Shown here: one piece after another, positions 17,371 to 26,267 of the stretch
Position numbering within the stretch: position 1 is the stretch's first letter
How the letters are laid out: the number at the start of each line of letters is the position of its first letter
The notes under the pieces: generated by a model
The model's database searches: none
What the model was told of the DNA's origin: nothing
What the model saw: the letters and a program-made list of their open reading frames with translations, nothing else
Assembly (NCBI RefSeq): GCF_008189285.1
Contig: NZ_CP043315.1
Span: 480,001 to 512,000 of the forward strand
Direction of reading: 5' to 3'
Source of the DNA: Candidatus Saccharimonadota bacterium
GTDB lineage: Bacteria; Pseudomonadota; Alphaproteobacteria; CAJXXZ01; 1604HC
DNA length: 32,000 bases
Translations under genes and position numbers: made by a program

Positions 17371-18192
17371 ATGATAAAAAAATTAGGGAAAGACATAACA
17401 TGGATACGAACTGGTGGAGAAGTTGACATATTTGAACCTAATTCAATTTATGAGCTAAAGAGTTTTTTGAAAAATAACAAAAAAGTGATCCCTGTAGGAT
17501 TTGGATCCAATATAATCATTCCTGATTCAGGATTAGATAAAACTATAATAAGATTAAACAATATGCAAAATGATATACAAATAAATAGCGATCATCTAAC
17601 AATTAATGCTGGAACTCCAAATATAATTGTATCTAGATTTTGCACAGAAAATAATTTATCAAACTTAGAGTTTTTACATACCATTCCAGGAACAATTGGA
17701 GGGGCTTTATATATGAATGCAGGTGCATATGGGTATTGCGTATCAGATTATTTATTATGGGCAGAATTAATCGATCTAGATGGAAATATCCACAGACTTA
17801 ATAGATGTGAAATTAAATATGAATATAGAAAGAGCAATATTCCCGATGGAATGATTTTTCTCAAAGGATGCTTTAAAGTTGAAAATTGCAATAATGTCAA
17901 AAATAAAATCAAACAAATGAAACAATATAGAAATGATAAACAGCCTAGAGTAAATACTTTTGGAAGCGTGTTCACTAATCATGCAAAATATAACGCATGG
18001 AAGTTAATTGAACAATCTGGATGCTATGGGATGAAAATTGGAGGGGCATATATATCAGAATTACACTGTAATTTTATAATCAATGATGGGTCCGCTACAA
18101 GCAAAAATATAAAAGATCTTATAAATCAAATACAGCAAAAAGTCTTTAATCATTCTGGAATTTTATTAGAAGAAGAAGTGATTTTTCTTTAA
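17371..18192 (+). CDS. murB: UDP-N-acetylenolpyruvoylglucosamine reductase
   Basis: FAD-binding N-domain (GGEVDIF..., VIPVGFGSNIIIPDSG), IPGTIGGALYMNAGAYG, FGSVFTN, and C-terminal GGAYISELHCNFIIN. Confidence 0.85.
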   Translation: MIKKLGKDITWIRTGGEVDIFEPNSIYELKSFLKNNKKVIPVGFGSNIIIPDSGLDKTIIRLNNMQNDIQINSDHLTINAGTPNIIVSRFCTENNLSNLEFLHTIPGTIGGALYMNAGAYGYCVSDYLLWAELIDLDGNIHRLNRCEIKYEYRKSNIPDGMIFLKGCFKVENCNNVKNKIKQMKQYRNDKQPRVNTFGSVFTNHAKYNAWKLIEQSGCYGMKIGGAYISELHCNFIINDGSATSKNIKDLINQIQQKVFNHSGILLEEEVIFL

Positions 18193-18288
18193 ATTTCTCA
18201 TAATATTATAAATCATAATATTAAATCTAAAATGCATATTAATTAGTAAATTTATCTCTATTTAATAAATTAATGCATTAATTTAACC

Positions 18289-19188
18289 ATGCTATATATG
18301 TTATGCAATATATTCACACCAATACATGAAGCAATAATTCATATTTCTAGAATTGTTGAGCGTTCATTTGATTTTCATATGTTTAAATATTTGTATAAAA
18401 TGGGAATAAGTTCTATTAAACACAATATTTATACGGCAATATATATTGCAATTGTTATAGCATTTGCAATGATTTTATCGCATTGTACATATCAATTATA
18501 CAATCTGATATCATTAGGGAAAATAACAGGGAGATGGACTAAAGCATTTCTATATATAATGAATTTCAATGTTTATATAAGATTATTGACAACATTATTA
18601 GTAGCATTCATATATGAAAAAAATGAAGCAGATAAAATGGTTCATATAACAATGGGGCTAACATATTCATTTTCCATATTGAAAAGAGCTGCGCTATATA
18701 CAGCATTGATGTTTCATATAAGATTTACTCAAATAATGCATTATATGTTATCTCTTAATGTAGCATTTGCAATATTAAATCCAAAGAATCATATATTATT
18801 CTCATATTTTACATATTCTAAATATGAAACTTGGAATAATTCATTAATTAAATCATCATTGCATCTATCTAGCAATATATTTGAACTAATGTGGATCATA
18901 TCATATTGTATATTGGGATATATATGGTGGCACATATCAAATAAAAACAGCATGTCTAAAACTATATTTAACATACACATTATTCTTAATCTTGCATGGT
19001 ATCCAATATTTTGCATATTACAAAGACCTGGAATATCATTAATGCATATCACATTATTGATAACTTCTGCTTTATATATGATGATTAGCTTGAGAAAAGC
19101 AAAACATATATTGATTATTCTTATTCCATATATAGCGTTATTAATGACTGAAGCATATCTTAATTTATATATATTTTTGAATAATTAA
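18289..19188 (+). CDS. Membrane protein with a C-terminal TspO/MBR-like domain (residues ~150-299) and an extra N-terminal membrane region
   Basis: The C-terminal half aligns by eye with Rhodobacter TspO: ETWNNSL...FELMWIISYCILGYIWW versus EWYDNL...FPLAWTSLYFLM; LNLAWYPIFCILQRPGISL versus FNTLWTPVFFGMKRMATAL; IPYIALLMTEAYLNLYIF versus VPYLIWATAATGLNFEAM. The true start could be internal. Confidence 0.5.
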   Translation: MLYMLCNIFTPIHEAIIHISRIVERSFDFHMFKYLYKMGISSIKHNIYTAIYIAIVIAFAMILSHCTYQLYNLISLGKITGRWTKAFLYIMNFNVYIRLLTTLLVAFIYEKNEADKMVHITMGLTYSFSILKRAALYTALMFHIRFTQIMHYMLSLNVAFAILNPKNHILFSYFTYSKYETWNNSLIKSSLHLSSNIFELMWIISYCILGYIWWHISNKNSMSKTIFNIHIILNLAWYPIFCILQRPGISLMHITLLITSALYMMISLRKAKHILIILIPYIALLMTEAYLNLYIFLNN

Positions 19189-19190
19189 TA

Positions 19191-19317
19191 ATATTCTATT
19201 CAGGTTAATATGTTCATATGTATATTCTGTTCAGGTTAATATGTTCATATGTATATTCTGTTCAGGTTAATATGTTCATATGTATATTCTGTTCAGGTTA
19301 ATATGTTTATATGTAAT
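19191..19317. repeat. 31-bp tandem repeat, ~4 copies (TTCAGGTTAATATGTTCATATGTATATTCTG)
   Basis: Copies at 19199-19229, 19230-19260 and 19261-19291 are perfect. The fourth copy (19292-~19316) is partial and variant. The array starts 3 nt after the stop of the TspO-like gene. Confidence 0.95.
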
Positions 19318-19604
19318 TAATATATATTTTGCTTAAATTTGCTTATTAATCATATATTGCCAATGCATTACTTAAGCATCTTACATATTTCATAAATTTT
19401 GATAGAATAAAATGTGATATTCTTGTCAATCATATTTTTACTTTCTTTATCTTTATTCAAAAAAAGATGGGACTCTTTCATAGTTATAGATAGTCTTTTG
19501 CCTGTCATATGCATGTTATGGTTGTCAAGAAACATACGCATTGAATATTTATTTTTCTTTTTGATAAATTTATATTTAATTCCAAAAATTTTAAAGGAGA
19601 CCAC

Positions 19605-20165
19605 ATGAATATTTTAAAAAACATTCTACACTTTCATAATAAAACAACCAATTACATACATGATAAATACATGTGTATTCTTTGTGCATTTTGGATTGTT
19701 CCATTTCTAGCAGGAATGACAATAGTATGGATTAGCGCGCTAATAATTTTATTTGGATTAAGTCTTTTTATTCCATTTTTCATGTCTATGTTTGTATTGC
19801 TTTCAATTGCATTTGCTTTAGTTAATATAGTTACTCAAGCCCCATTATTAGGAATCTTATTTATAGGAGCATTATTTCTATTTAGGGATCAAATCAACTA
19901 TATATGGAATCAATTATTTATTGCAAAAAGCTATTCAATTCAAAAGCCATCTATATCTGGACACACGCCAATGATTTTATCTTTATTTATAATACATGCC
20001 CTTATGTATATTATGCCAATTCCTACTATGTGGAAATTCGGAATTTTAGCGCTAATGTCAGCATATATGTTTAAGAAAACTAATCATGATAATTGTGATC
20101 AATCAAACCATATACATCATCATTGTTGCGATTCAAATCATAATAATAATTGCAGTAAAAAATAA
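19605..20165 (+). CDS. Hypothetical polytopic membrane protein with a Cys/His-rich C-terminal tail
   Basis: Strong SD (AAAGGAGA) 5 nt upstream of the ATG. About 5 hydrophobic helices. Tail sequence HDNCDQSNHIHHHCCDSNHNNNCSKK. Confidence 0.65.
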   Translation: MNILKNILHFHNKTTNYIHDKYMCILCAFWIVPFLAGMTIVWISALIILFGLSLFIPFFMSMFVLLSIAFALVNIVTQAPLLGILFIGALFLFRDQINYIWNQLFIAKSYSIQKPSISGHTPMILSLFIIHALMYIMPIPTMWKFGILALMSAYMFKKTNHDNCDQSNHIHHHCCDSNHNNNCSKK

Positions 20166-20212
20166 CAGAGGCAATCCTTTACTAACATACTAATTGTTAT
20201 TACAATGCGCAT

Positions 20213-21400
20213 ATGAATAAAATAATTTTATCTCTTATTACTTGCAATATATTTGCAGTTGGAGAGATATCGCATAAACTTAGCGCTTCTGAATCATATT
20301 CACAGCACATAAAAGCAATTAAACATGATGAGGAAAATCTAAATGCATTTAAAGATGAAGGGTATTATCAATTAGCTTGCAGAAAAGATTCAAATAAAGC
20401 TCTTCTTGGATTCTGCGCTTATAAAATTCTTCAAAGAGAAAATAAAGGCTCTTTATATAGCCTACGTTACGATTCTTTGATAAGAGAGCCTCAGCATTTT
20501 TTCTTCTATCTAAAGTATATGTCTGAATATATTGATGAATTTAAAGAAATATTGATGAATTTGAAAGAAATATTACTACATGATGAATTCGCAACATATT
20601 TACCACACAATACATTCAACGGATTAAGCAATATAACGCATCTTATTATCAACGGAAATCCATTATTATCCACATTGCCAGCAAGTATATTCAGTAAATT
20701 AAGCAATATAACACACCTTAATATCAACAACACTCTGTTGTCCGCATTACCAAAAAACATATTCAATGGGCTGGTCAATTTAATAGAACTAAATCTATCT
20801 GTAAATAAAATAAAATCATTGCACTGTGATATATTCAAAGGTTTGGTTAATTTAGAAGAATTATATATAGCTAATAATGAATTCTTCACATTACCAGTAA
20901 ATATATTCAGAGATTTGCATAGCCTATCAGAATTATGCGTGTCTGGAATAAAATTGACCCACCTTCCTAATAATATATTTATTGGTCTAGATCAATTAAC
21001 AGATTTAATGTTGTGTGAAAGTTCATTATCCACATTGCCATCTAGTATATGCACATTAGAATCATTAAATTCATTGCATGCTAGAAGAAATAATCTTGAT
21101 AAATTACCAGGAGCAATAGGAAATCTAAAAAATTTAACAGAATTATGGCTTTATAAAAATCAATTAACAAAACTGCCAGATTCTATAGGAAATTTAACCA
21201 ATCTAATAGAGTTATCCTTGGGAGAAAATCCATTAATTCGACTTCCACATACAATAAGCAAATTAGATAATTTAGAAGAATTAGACCTTCCCATTGAAAT
21301 GCTTGAACCTCTTTCAAAGAAATTAATGAAGTATTTAATGAGCTTAGAATCCGTATCATTATATGGATCAAATCCAAGATTTGCACATTTTACACAATAA
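20213..21400 (+). CDS. Secreted LRR protein, family B (395 aa)
   Basis: Signal-like MNKIILSLITCNIFA. Family-B N-module (IKAIKHDEENLNAFKDEGYY...ALLGFCAYKILQ). About 12 LRRs of LxxLPxxIGNLxNLxxLxLxxNxL type (LDKLPGAIGNLKNLTELWLYKNQLTKLPDSIGNLTNLIELSLGENPLIRLP). Confidence 0.85.
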   Translation: MNKIILSLITCNIFAVGEISHKLSASESYSQHIKAIKHDEENLNAFKDEGYYQLACRKDSNKALLGFCAYKILQRENKGSLYSLRYDSLIREPQHFFFYLKYMSEYIDEFKEILMNLKEILLHDEFATYLPHNTFNGLSNITHLIINGNPLLSTLPASIFSKLSNITHLNINNTLLSALPKNIFNGLVNLIELNLSVNKIKSLHCDIFKGLVNLEELYIANNEFFTLPVNIFRDLHSLSELCVSGIKLTHLPNNIFIGLDQLTDLMLCESSLSTLPSSICTLESLNSLHARRNNLDKLPGAIGNLKNLTELWLYKNQLTKLPDSIGNLTNLIELSLGENPLIRLPHTISKLDNLEELDLPIEMLEPLSKKLMKYLMSLESVSLYGSNPRFAHFTQ

Positions 21401-21625
21401 AACTATTAAATCTCTTACAGAGAAATTAATGAAATGCTTAGTCAATTTGCAATGCTTATATATAGAGAAAATCCTAGAATTTTCAGATGGATAGGGCTGC
21501 TAGAATCATTAAATACACTATGCATATCAGCAAACAGCATGGAATATATTCCACGTAATATTGAAATTTGTTCAATCATACAAAGCATAAATGCATATGA
21601 ATTTTCAGTAAGTATTTTAGGCTAA
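21401..21625 (+). pseudogene. Decayed LRR-coding remnant downstream of the 20213 gene
   Basis: Just past the stop, one frame reads IKSLTEKLMKCLVNLQCLYIE, which echoes the gene's own end LSKKLMKYLMSLESVSLYG. A second frame reads ENPRIFRWIGLLESLNTLCISANSMEYIPRNI. LRR sequence is therefore split over two frames. Confidence 0.45.
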
Positions 21626-21711
21626 TAATAATCTAATAAATGAGATTATTTCTAATAAGAAATTGTAAAAATCCCATTTACTTCCTAATCCGTTAGGATT
21701 ACAATTTTGCC

Positions 21712-22587
21712 ATGAATAAAATAATATTATCAACATTAATGGCTATAAGTGTATTTTCACTGGACTGCGCCCCTCCTACAAATATAGAAAGATATAATAA
21801 TTGCATAACAGCAATAAGAGGAAATGTAGAGCATCTATCTCAATTTCAAACTGTTGAAGGATATAATGCAGAATTAATATCAGGCAGCACTCAAAGCGCA
21901 CTTCTTGGATTCTGCGGATATCAAATCTTAAAAAGCGGCACAAATCAACCTAGCTATGACGATGTTTTAAAAAGCGTAAAAAGTGACAAACCACATAATA
22001 AATATAAAAACTCAATATGCATTGCAACATACTTTCATGCAGCGTATGTATCTAACATAGCCAAACCTATCGGAGCAATTTCAAGAATATTCGTCAATAT
22101 TAAGCAATTAAATTTGCAGGGCGCAGGATTAACATATTTGCCTGATGGAATATTCAGTGGATTAGACAAATTAACTGAATTAAATTTAAGTGGCAATTGT
22201 AGTGCAAAGCAAATTGAATTTCTTTCTCCTGCTGTTAATCAATTAGAATGTCTCCCTGATGGAATATTCAGTGGATTAGACAAATTAACTAATCTAGATT
22301 TAGGTGGCAATAAATTAACAAGCTTACCTTCTAGCACATACAAGCTAACCGCATTAAAAGAACTAAGTGTGCGTAAAAATAAACTAACTTCAATATCAGA
22401 TGGAATAAGCAGCTTAAAAAATCTAGAAGAATTATTTCTTGATTCCAATGAATTAACAGAAATTCCATATTCTATAGATGAATTGAAATGTTTGAAAGAT
22501 CTGTCTTTATTTCCCAATCAAATATCAGCAATTTCATTTAAAATGAATAGATTGCTGATAGAGAATAACCGAAATCTTGGAGAGTAA
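21712..22587 (+). CDS. Secreted LRR protein, family B (291 aa), possibly 3'-truncated
   Basis: Signal-like MNKIILSTLMAISVFSLDC. N-module ITAIRGNVEHLSQFQTVEGYN...ALLGFCGYQILK. LRRs include an internal near-identical duplication LPDGIFSGLDKLT(E/N)L (nt 22141 and 22255, 114 nt apart). Confidence 0.8.
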   Translation: MNKIILSTLMAISVFSLDCAPPTNIERYNNCITAIRGNVEHLSQFQTVEGYNAELISGSTQSALLGFCGYQILKSGTNQPSYDDVLKSVKSDKPHNKYKNSICIATYFHAAYVSNIAKPIGAISRIFVNIKQLNLQGAGLTYLPDGIFSGLDKLTELNLSGNCSAKQIEFLSPAVNQLECLPDGIFSGLDKLTNLDLGGNKLTSLPSSTYKLTALKELSVRKNKLTSISDGISSLKNLEELFLDSNELTEIPYSIDELKCLKDLSLFPNQISAISFKMNRLLIENNRNLGE

Positions 22588-22654
22588 TTTCAATAGCAAA
22601 TTGAATGCACAAGTGGAAAATTCCAAATCATAACAGCAGAAACTTCCACCTAGC

Positions 22655-22984
22655 ATGAAAGAATTAACTAATTTGACAGCTCTTAGCATATCTAGTATGA
22701 GATTAAAAGGATTTCCAGAAGCAATAATATCTTATTTAACAAAACTAAAAGAATTACATATAAATAACAATACATTTAAAAGATTTAGAGGAATAGATAA
22801 ATTAAAAGACCTGAAAACATTGACGATATCAAGAACACATATAGGTCTCTTACCAAAAAATGTCGAAATAACTTCAAATAAAATCTCTTATGGAAATAAC
22901 CCTACCATCTCAGTTCAAGTCAATTATCCTAAAACACCAAAAGCTAAAAAGTCAAAAACCAAAAAATTCAATATTAGAAAATAA
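22655..22984 (+). CDS. LRR-only fragment (109 aa). Probable detached 3' part of the 21712 gene.
   Basis: LRR sequence already starts upstream of the ATG (QQKLPPS-MKELTNLTALSISSMRLKGFP...LKELHINNNTF). There is no signal peptide or N-module. It is in a different frame from 21712..22587, with stops in every frame between the two. Confidence 0.45.
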   Translation: MKELTNLTALSISSMRLKGFPEAIISYLTKLKELHINNNTFKRFRGIDKLKDLKTLTISRTHIGLLPKNVEITSNKISYGNNPTISVQVNYPKTPKAKKSKTKKFNIRK

Positions 22985-23031
22985 CCCAGCTTTATTGCAA
23001 AACCTAAGATATGCAAAAAACTAAATATAAT

Positions 23032-23051
23032 AAATCAATTGCAATTGATTT
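23032..23051. terminator. Perfect 20-bp palindrome between convergent genes (possible weak bidirectional terminator)
   Basis: AAATCAATTG/CAATTGATTT, located between the end of the 22655 ORF and the ftsK stop. The stem is AT-rich and there is no clear U-tract on either side. Confidence 0.25.
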
Positions 23052-23053
23052 AA

Positions 23054-24832
23054 TTAAACCAAGATCTCTCTTTTTCCTGATCGGTCTGGTTTGCTAACAA
23101 TTCCCTGCTCTTCCATAGACTCAACAATTCTTGCTGAACGGTTGTAACCTATCTGTAATTGCCTTTGTATGTAACTTATCGAAACCCTCTGATCTCTTAA
23201 TACTATCTGTACAGCCTGCGTATACATAGGATCATCGCTAGCATTTTCATCTATATTTTGATCCTTCACTTCCAATTCTATATATGAAGGCTCTCGTTGG
23301 TCTCGTAAGAAATCTGCAATCATATGAACTTCCTCATCAGAAACAAATGGAGCCTGTATTCTTCTAGCGGGATATCCTGGAGAAATATAAAGCATATCCC
23401 CTTTTCCTAGCAATTGCTCTGCCCCGCTATTCTCACCCATAATTGTTCTACTATCTATCTTAGATGCTAATTGAAATGTAATTCTAACAGGGAAATTCGA
23501 CTTAATTGTTCCAGTAATAACATCAACAGAAGGTCTTTGCGTCGCCATAATAATATGAATTCCAGCAGCTCGTGCCATTTGAGATAAGCGCTGTATAGAA
23601 ACTTCAATTTCCTTGCCAGCAGTCATCATTAAATCTGCCATTTCATCAACAATTACAACTAAATATGGCATTTTTTCATATTTCTTTTCAGACTTTGCTT
23701 TAAAAGACTCTTTAATAATTTTCTCATTAAATCCAGATATATTTCTTACCTCAACCTCTGATAACAATCTATATCTTCGTTCCATTTCTTGCACAGCCCA
23801 TTTTAAAACTTTTACAGCTTCTTGTGGATCCGTAACGACTGGAGTTAGCAAATGAGGTATTCCATTGTAAACAGACAACTCTAATTGCTTTGGATCAACT
23901 AAAATAAACTTACAATCATCAGGATCTTTAGCATAAAGCAAAGAAAGAATCATACTATGCATAGCAACAGACTTACCAGATCCAGTAGTTCCAGAAACTA
24001 ACAAATGAGGCATTTGAGCTAAATCAACCACAATTGGCTTTCCAGTAATATCGCACCCAAGAGCCAGAGGAAGATTGCATGAATGATTCTGAAATACAGA
24101 AGAATCCAAAACATTGCGCAGTCCAATTAGATTTCTAATTCTATTTGGCAACTCTATTCCTAAAAGATTTTTTCCTGGGATAGTTGAAATACGAGCAGAT
24201 AACGATTCTGTTGACCGAGCTATATCATTAGACAAATTTACAATCTTGGATGCCTTAATTCCAGGAGCAGGCTTAAATTCAAATAAAGTGACAACTGGCC
24301 CATTATGCTGATTTAACAACTCTCCTTCAACTTTGTACTCATTCAAAACTTGCTCCAGAGATTCTCTTGAAATGCTTTCTGATTTCTTAGATTTTGGCAA
24401 AGAAAGAAATGATACTTTTGGCATAATAAATGAATTTATAGTTTTTTCTGTTTTTCTCTTGATTCTTTTAGGTTTTTGAACAATTTTTTCTTTGTTTTTA
24501 AATTTTACATATAAATAATATGAAGAATAAAACGCTATAACAACCCAGTAAATATAAGATGGAATAATTTCAGCATTAATAATCCCAAACATCCCTACAT
24601 TAAAATTAAGATATTTCATAAAATAACTAAATATAAATATAGAAGGAATAATATGCAATCTTAAAAATAAGACAAAAGGGATAATCAGCATATTAATCCC
24701 AAGAAAATCAACAATCCAAATCATGTAAGATTGAGAATTCCATGGAAGATTTAATAAATACAATGAATAAGCAAATAATGTAATTGATGTAATTAATTTA
24801 GAAAACATATTAAATCCTATAATGGGCTGCAA
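23054..24832 (-). CDS. ftsK: DNA translocase FtsK (short form, 592 aa)
   Basis: N-terminal TM helices. Walker A GTTGSGKSV and Walker B VVIVDEMADLMM. MATQRPSVDVITG. C-terminal gamma winged-helix (ISYIQRQLQIGYNRSARIVESMEEQGIVS). The alternative ATG at 24808 would remove the 23-nt overlap with the upstream OMP gene. Confidence 0.9.
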   Translation of the reverse strand: MQPIIGFNMFSKLITSITLFAYSLYLLNLPWNSQSYMIWIVDFLGINMLIIPFVLFLRLHIIPSIFIFSYFMKYLNFNVGMFGIINAEIIPSYIYWVVIAFYSSYYLYVKFKNKEKIVQKPKRIKRKTEKTINSFIMPKVSFLSLPKSKKSESISRESLEQVLNEYKVEGELLNQHNGPVVTLFEFKPAPGIKASKIVNLSNDIARSTESLSARISTIPGKNLLGIELPNRIRNLIGLRNVLDSSVFQNHSCNLPLALGCDITGKPIVVDLAQMPHLLVSGTTGSGKSVAMHSMILSLLYAKDPDDCKFILVDPKQLELSVYNGIPHLLTPVVTDPQEAVKVLKWAVQEMERRYRLLSEVEVRNISGFNEKIIKESFKAKSEKKYEKMPYLVVIVDEMADLMMTAGKEIEVSIQRLSQMARAAGIHIIMATQRPSVDVITGTIKSNFPVRITFQLASKIDSRTIMGENSGAEQLLGKGDMLYISPGYPARRIQAPFVSDEEVHMIADFLRDQREPSYIELEVKDQNIDENASDDPMYTQAVQIVLRDQRVSISYIQRQLQIGYNRSARIVESMEEQGIVSKPDRSGKREILV

Positions 24833-25469
24833 ATCCTACTCTGCTTAACGAAGGCTTAAATTTAAAAAATTCAGAATCAAATTCTGATATGCTTTTTATC
24901 CCAAATGAGCTACTTTCTAATCTTTTTTTATCTGAAAAACCATAAGTATAATAAATATCCAAGCTCAATTTAGAAATTGTCATAAATGATATTCCGCCTC
25001 TAAATCCAAAAAATGGTGTCAAAATATTTTTCTCAAGTGTATCGATATGCTTATTTAAATAAACAATCTTAGGGGAAAATCTTGTTGCGCAAATCACAGG
25101 CCCTAAATATAATTTCGCCCTATTATTTCCTAACCCTGCTTTAATGCAAAATTCTAAATTTATATTGTTATTTCCAATTTTTAAATCTAAATTCTCGTCT
25201 TTATGAGTTAGTTCATTTTTCACAAATCCAAGATTAATATCTCCACCAATAAATATGTTTGATTGAATTTTTCTCCAATGATTAAATGATAAACAAATAT
25301 TAAAATTATTATTATGCTTCATATCAGTTTGCTTTGTGCTCTTTGATTCAATCGTAGAGTTTTTCATATTCTTAAATCCATATGCAATTCCAATTCCAGT
25401 ATCTGCACTAAGGAATGCAAATGAGAATAAATATAAAAACATTTTTAACATAGCAATATTATAAGGCAT
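24810..25469 (-). CDS. Putative outer-membrane beta-barrel protein (219 aa)
   Basis: Signal-like MLKMFLYLFSFAFLSA. Alternating hydrophobic beta-strand pattern (GIGIAYGF, IFIGGDINLGFV, LEFCIKAGLG, FGFRGGISF, LSLDIYYTYGF) with a C-terminal strand RVGFAAHYRI. Confidence 0.55.
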   Translation of the reverse strand: MPYNIAMLKMFLYLFSFAFLSADTGIGIAYGFKNMKNSTIESKSTKQTDMKHNNNFNICLSFNHWRKIQSNIFIGGDINLGFVKNELTHKDENLDLKIGNNNINLEFCIKAGLGNNRAKLYLGPVICATRFSPKIVYLNKHIDTLEKNILTPFFGFRGGISFMTISKLSLDIYYTYGFSDKKRLESSSFGIKSISEFDSEFFKFKPSLSRVGFAAHYRI

Positions 25470-25503
25470 ATCAAACTATAAATTAAGATGTTAAAATAAC
25501 TTA

Positions 25504-25827
25504 ATGTCTAATAAGCCTTATAAACGCAATGAAAGATTAGCATGCAGATTGCTAGATATGGTCAGAAAAGAAGTTTGGATGATTCATGGAAATATATGCA
25601 ATATTACTTATGTAACATTAAGCAAAGATTTTAAATATTCTGATGTTTACTTGCAAACTGAAGATGAAAATAATATAAAATTATTACAAGATTCAGAAAA
25701 AGAAATAATGAGACAAGTAAGATCTAATTGGAGCGCTAAGTACATGCCTACTCTGCGTTTTCATATAGACAAAAAGGCTAATCATATGGATAAAATGAGA
25801 GCAATCATGGAAAGCGAAGACTTTTAA
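25504..25827 (+). CDS. rbfA: Ribosome-binding factor A
   Basis: Size (107 aa) and pattern RNERLACRLLDMVRKEV...ITYVTLSKDFKYSDVYL...IMRQVRSNWSAKYMPTLRFHID match the RbfA layout (R..R....L....ITxVxxSxDlxxAxVY....P.L.F..D). Confidence 0.7.
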   Translation: MSNKPYKRNERLACRLLDMVRKEVWMIHGNICNITYVTLSKDFKYSDVYLQTEDENNIKLLQDSEKEIMRQVRSNWSAKYMPTLRFHIDKKANHMDKMRAIMESEDF

Positions 25828-25828
25828 T

Positions 25829-26098
25829 TTGTTTTTTTCAAATATTTTAAATATATTTTCATATATTAATTTAATTCTTATGCTTTATACAATGACCGCA
25901 TGGCGAGGAAAAATGTTACTGCATTCCAGCACTTTTGGATGGATAGCATTTTGGTCATATTTGCTATCTAATCCTAGCTCAGTAAAAATCATATTATTTT
26001 TCATATCTGCAATCTCAGTAGCATTAAGTTCTGGATTGTGGCTGTCATTTTTATCAAAAAAAAACAACTTAACCAAAGAAAATTACAAAAATAAATAA
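25829..26098 (+). CDS. Hypothetical small membrane protein
   Basis: TTG start 1 nt after the rbfA stop (alternative ATG at 25880). Two to three hydrophobic helices. No recognisable family. Confidence 0.35.
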   Translation: MFFSNILNIFSYINLILMLYTMTAWRGKMLLHSSTFGWIAFWSYLLSNPSSVKIILFFISAISVALSSGLWLSFLSKKNNLTKENYKNK

Positions 26099-26267
26099 AA
26101 ATATAATATTAAAGAATTTTATATTGAAAATATGCTGAAAAATAAAAAGTATATTAACTTATTTTCAACTAATTATTACTTATTAATAATATTAATGAAT
26201 TTAATAATCTCTAATTTCATCAAATACATGAATGCATAAAATATTACAATATGTTATTATTCTAAAA

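Noticed and set aside
19368-19608. ORFs 19368..19604(-) and 19414..19608(+) in the spacer upstream of the 19605 gene
   Set aside because: They overlap each other on opposite strands. They are Lys/Ile/Phe-rich, as expected from random AT-rich DNA. There is no SD and no recognisable motif.
1485-24311. Numerous 60-165-aa ORFs antisense to or nested in annotated genes. Examples: 1485..1673, 2828..3492, 3746..3979, 6905..7153, 7445..7956, 8335..8520, 11577..12161, 12355..12732, 13219..13713, 14108..14320, 15084..15266, 15570..15752, 16437..16628, 17748..17982, 18789..19052, 20506..20889, 21183..21386, 22239..22517, 23613..23855, 24114..24311, 25885..26076, 26201..26452 and 29192..29542
   Set aside because: Each lies within a longer ORF on the opposite strand or in another frame that has clear family motifs. 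Their translations are low-complexity with no recognisable motifs.
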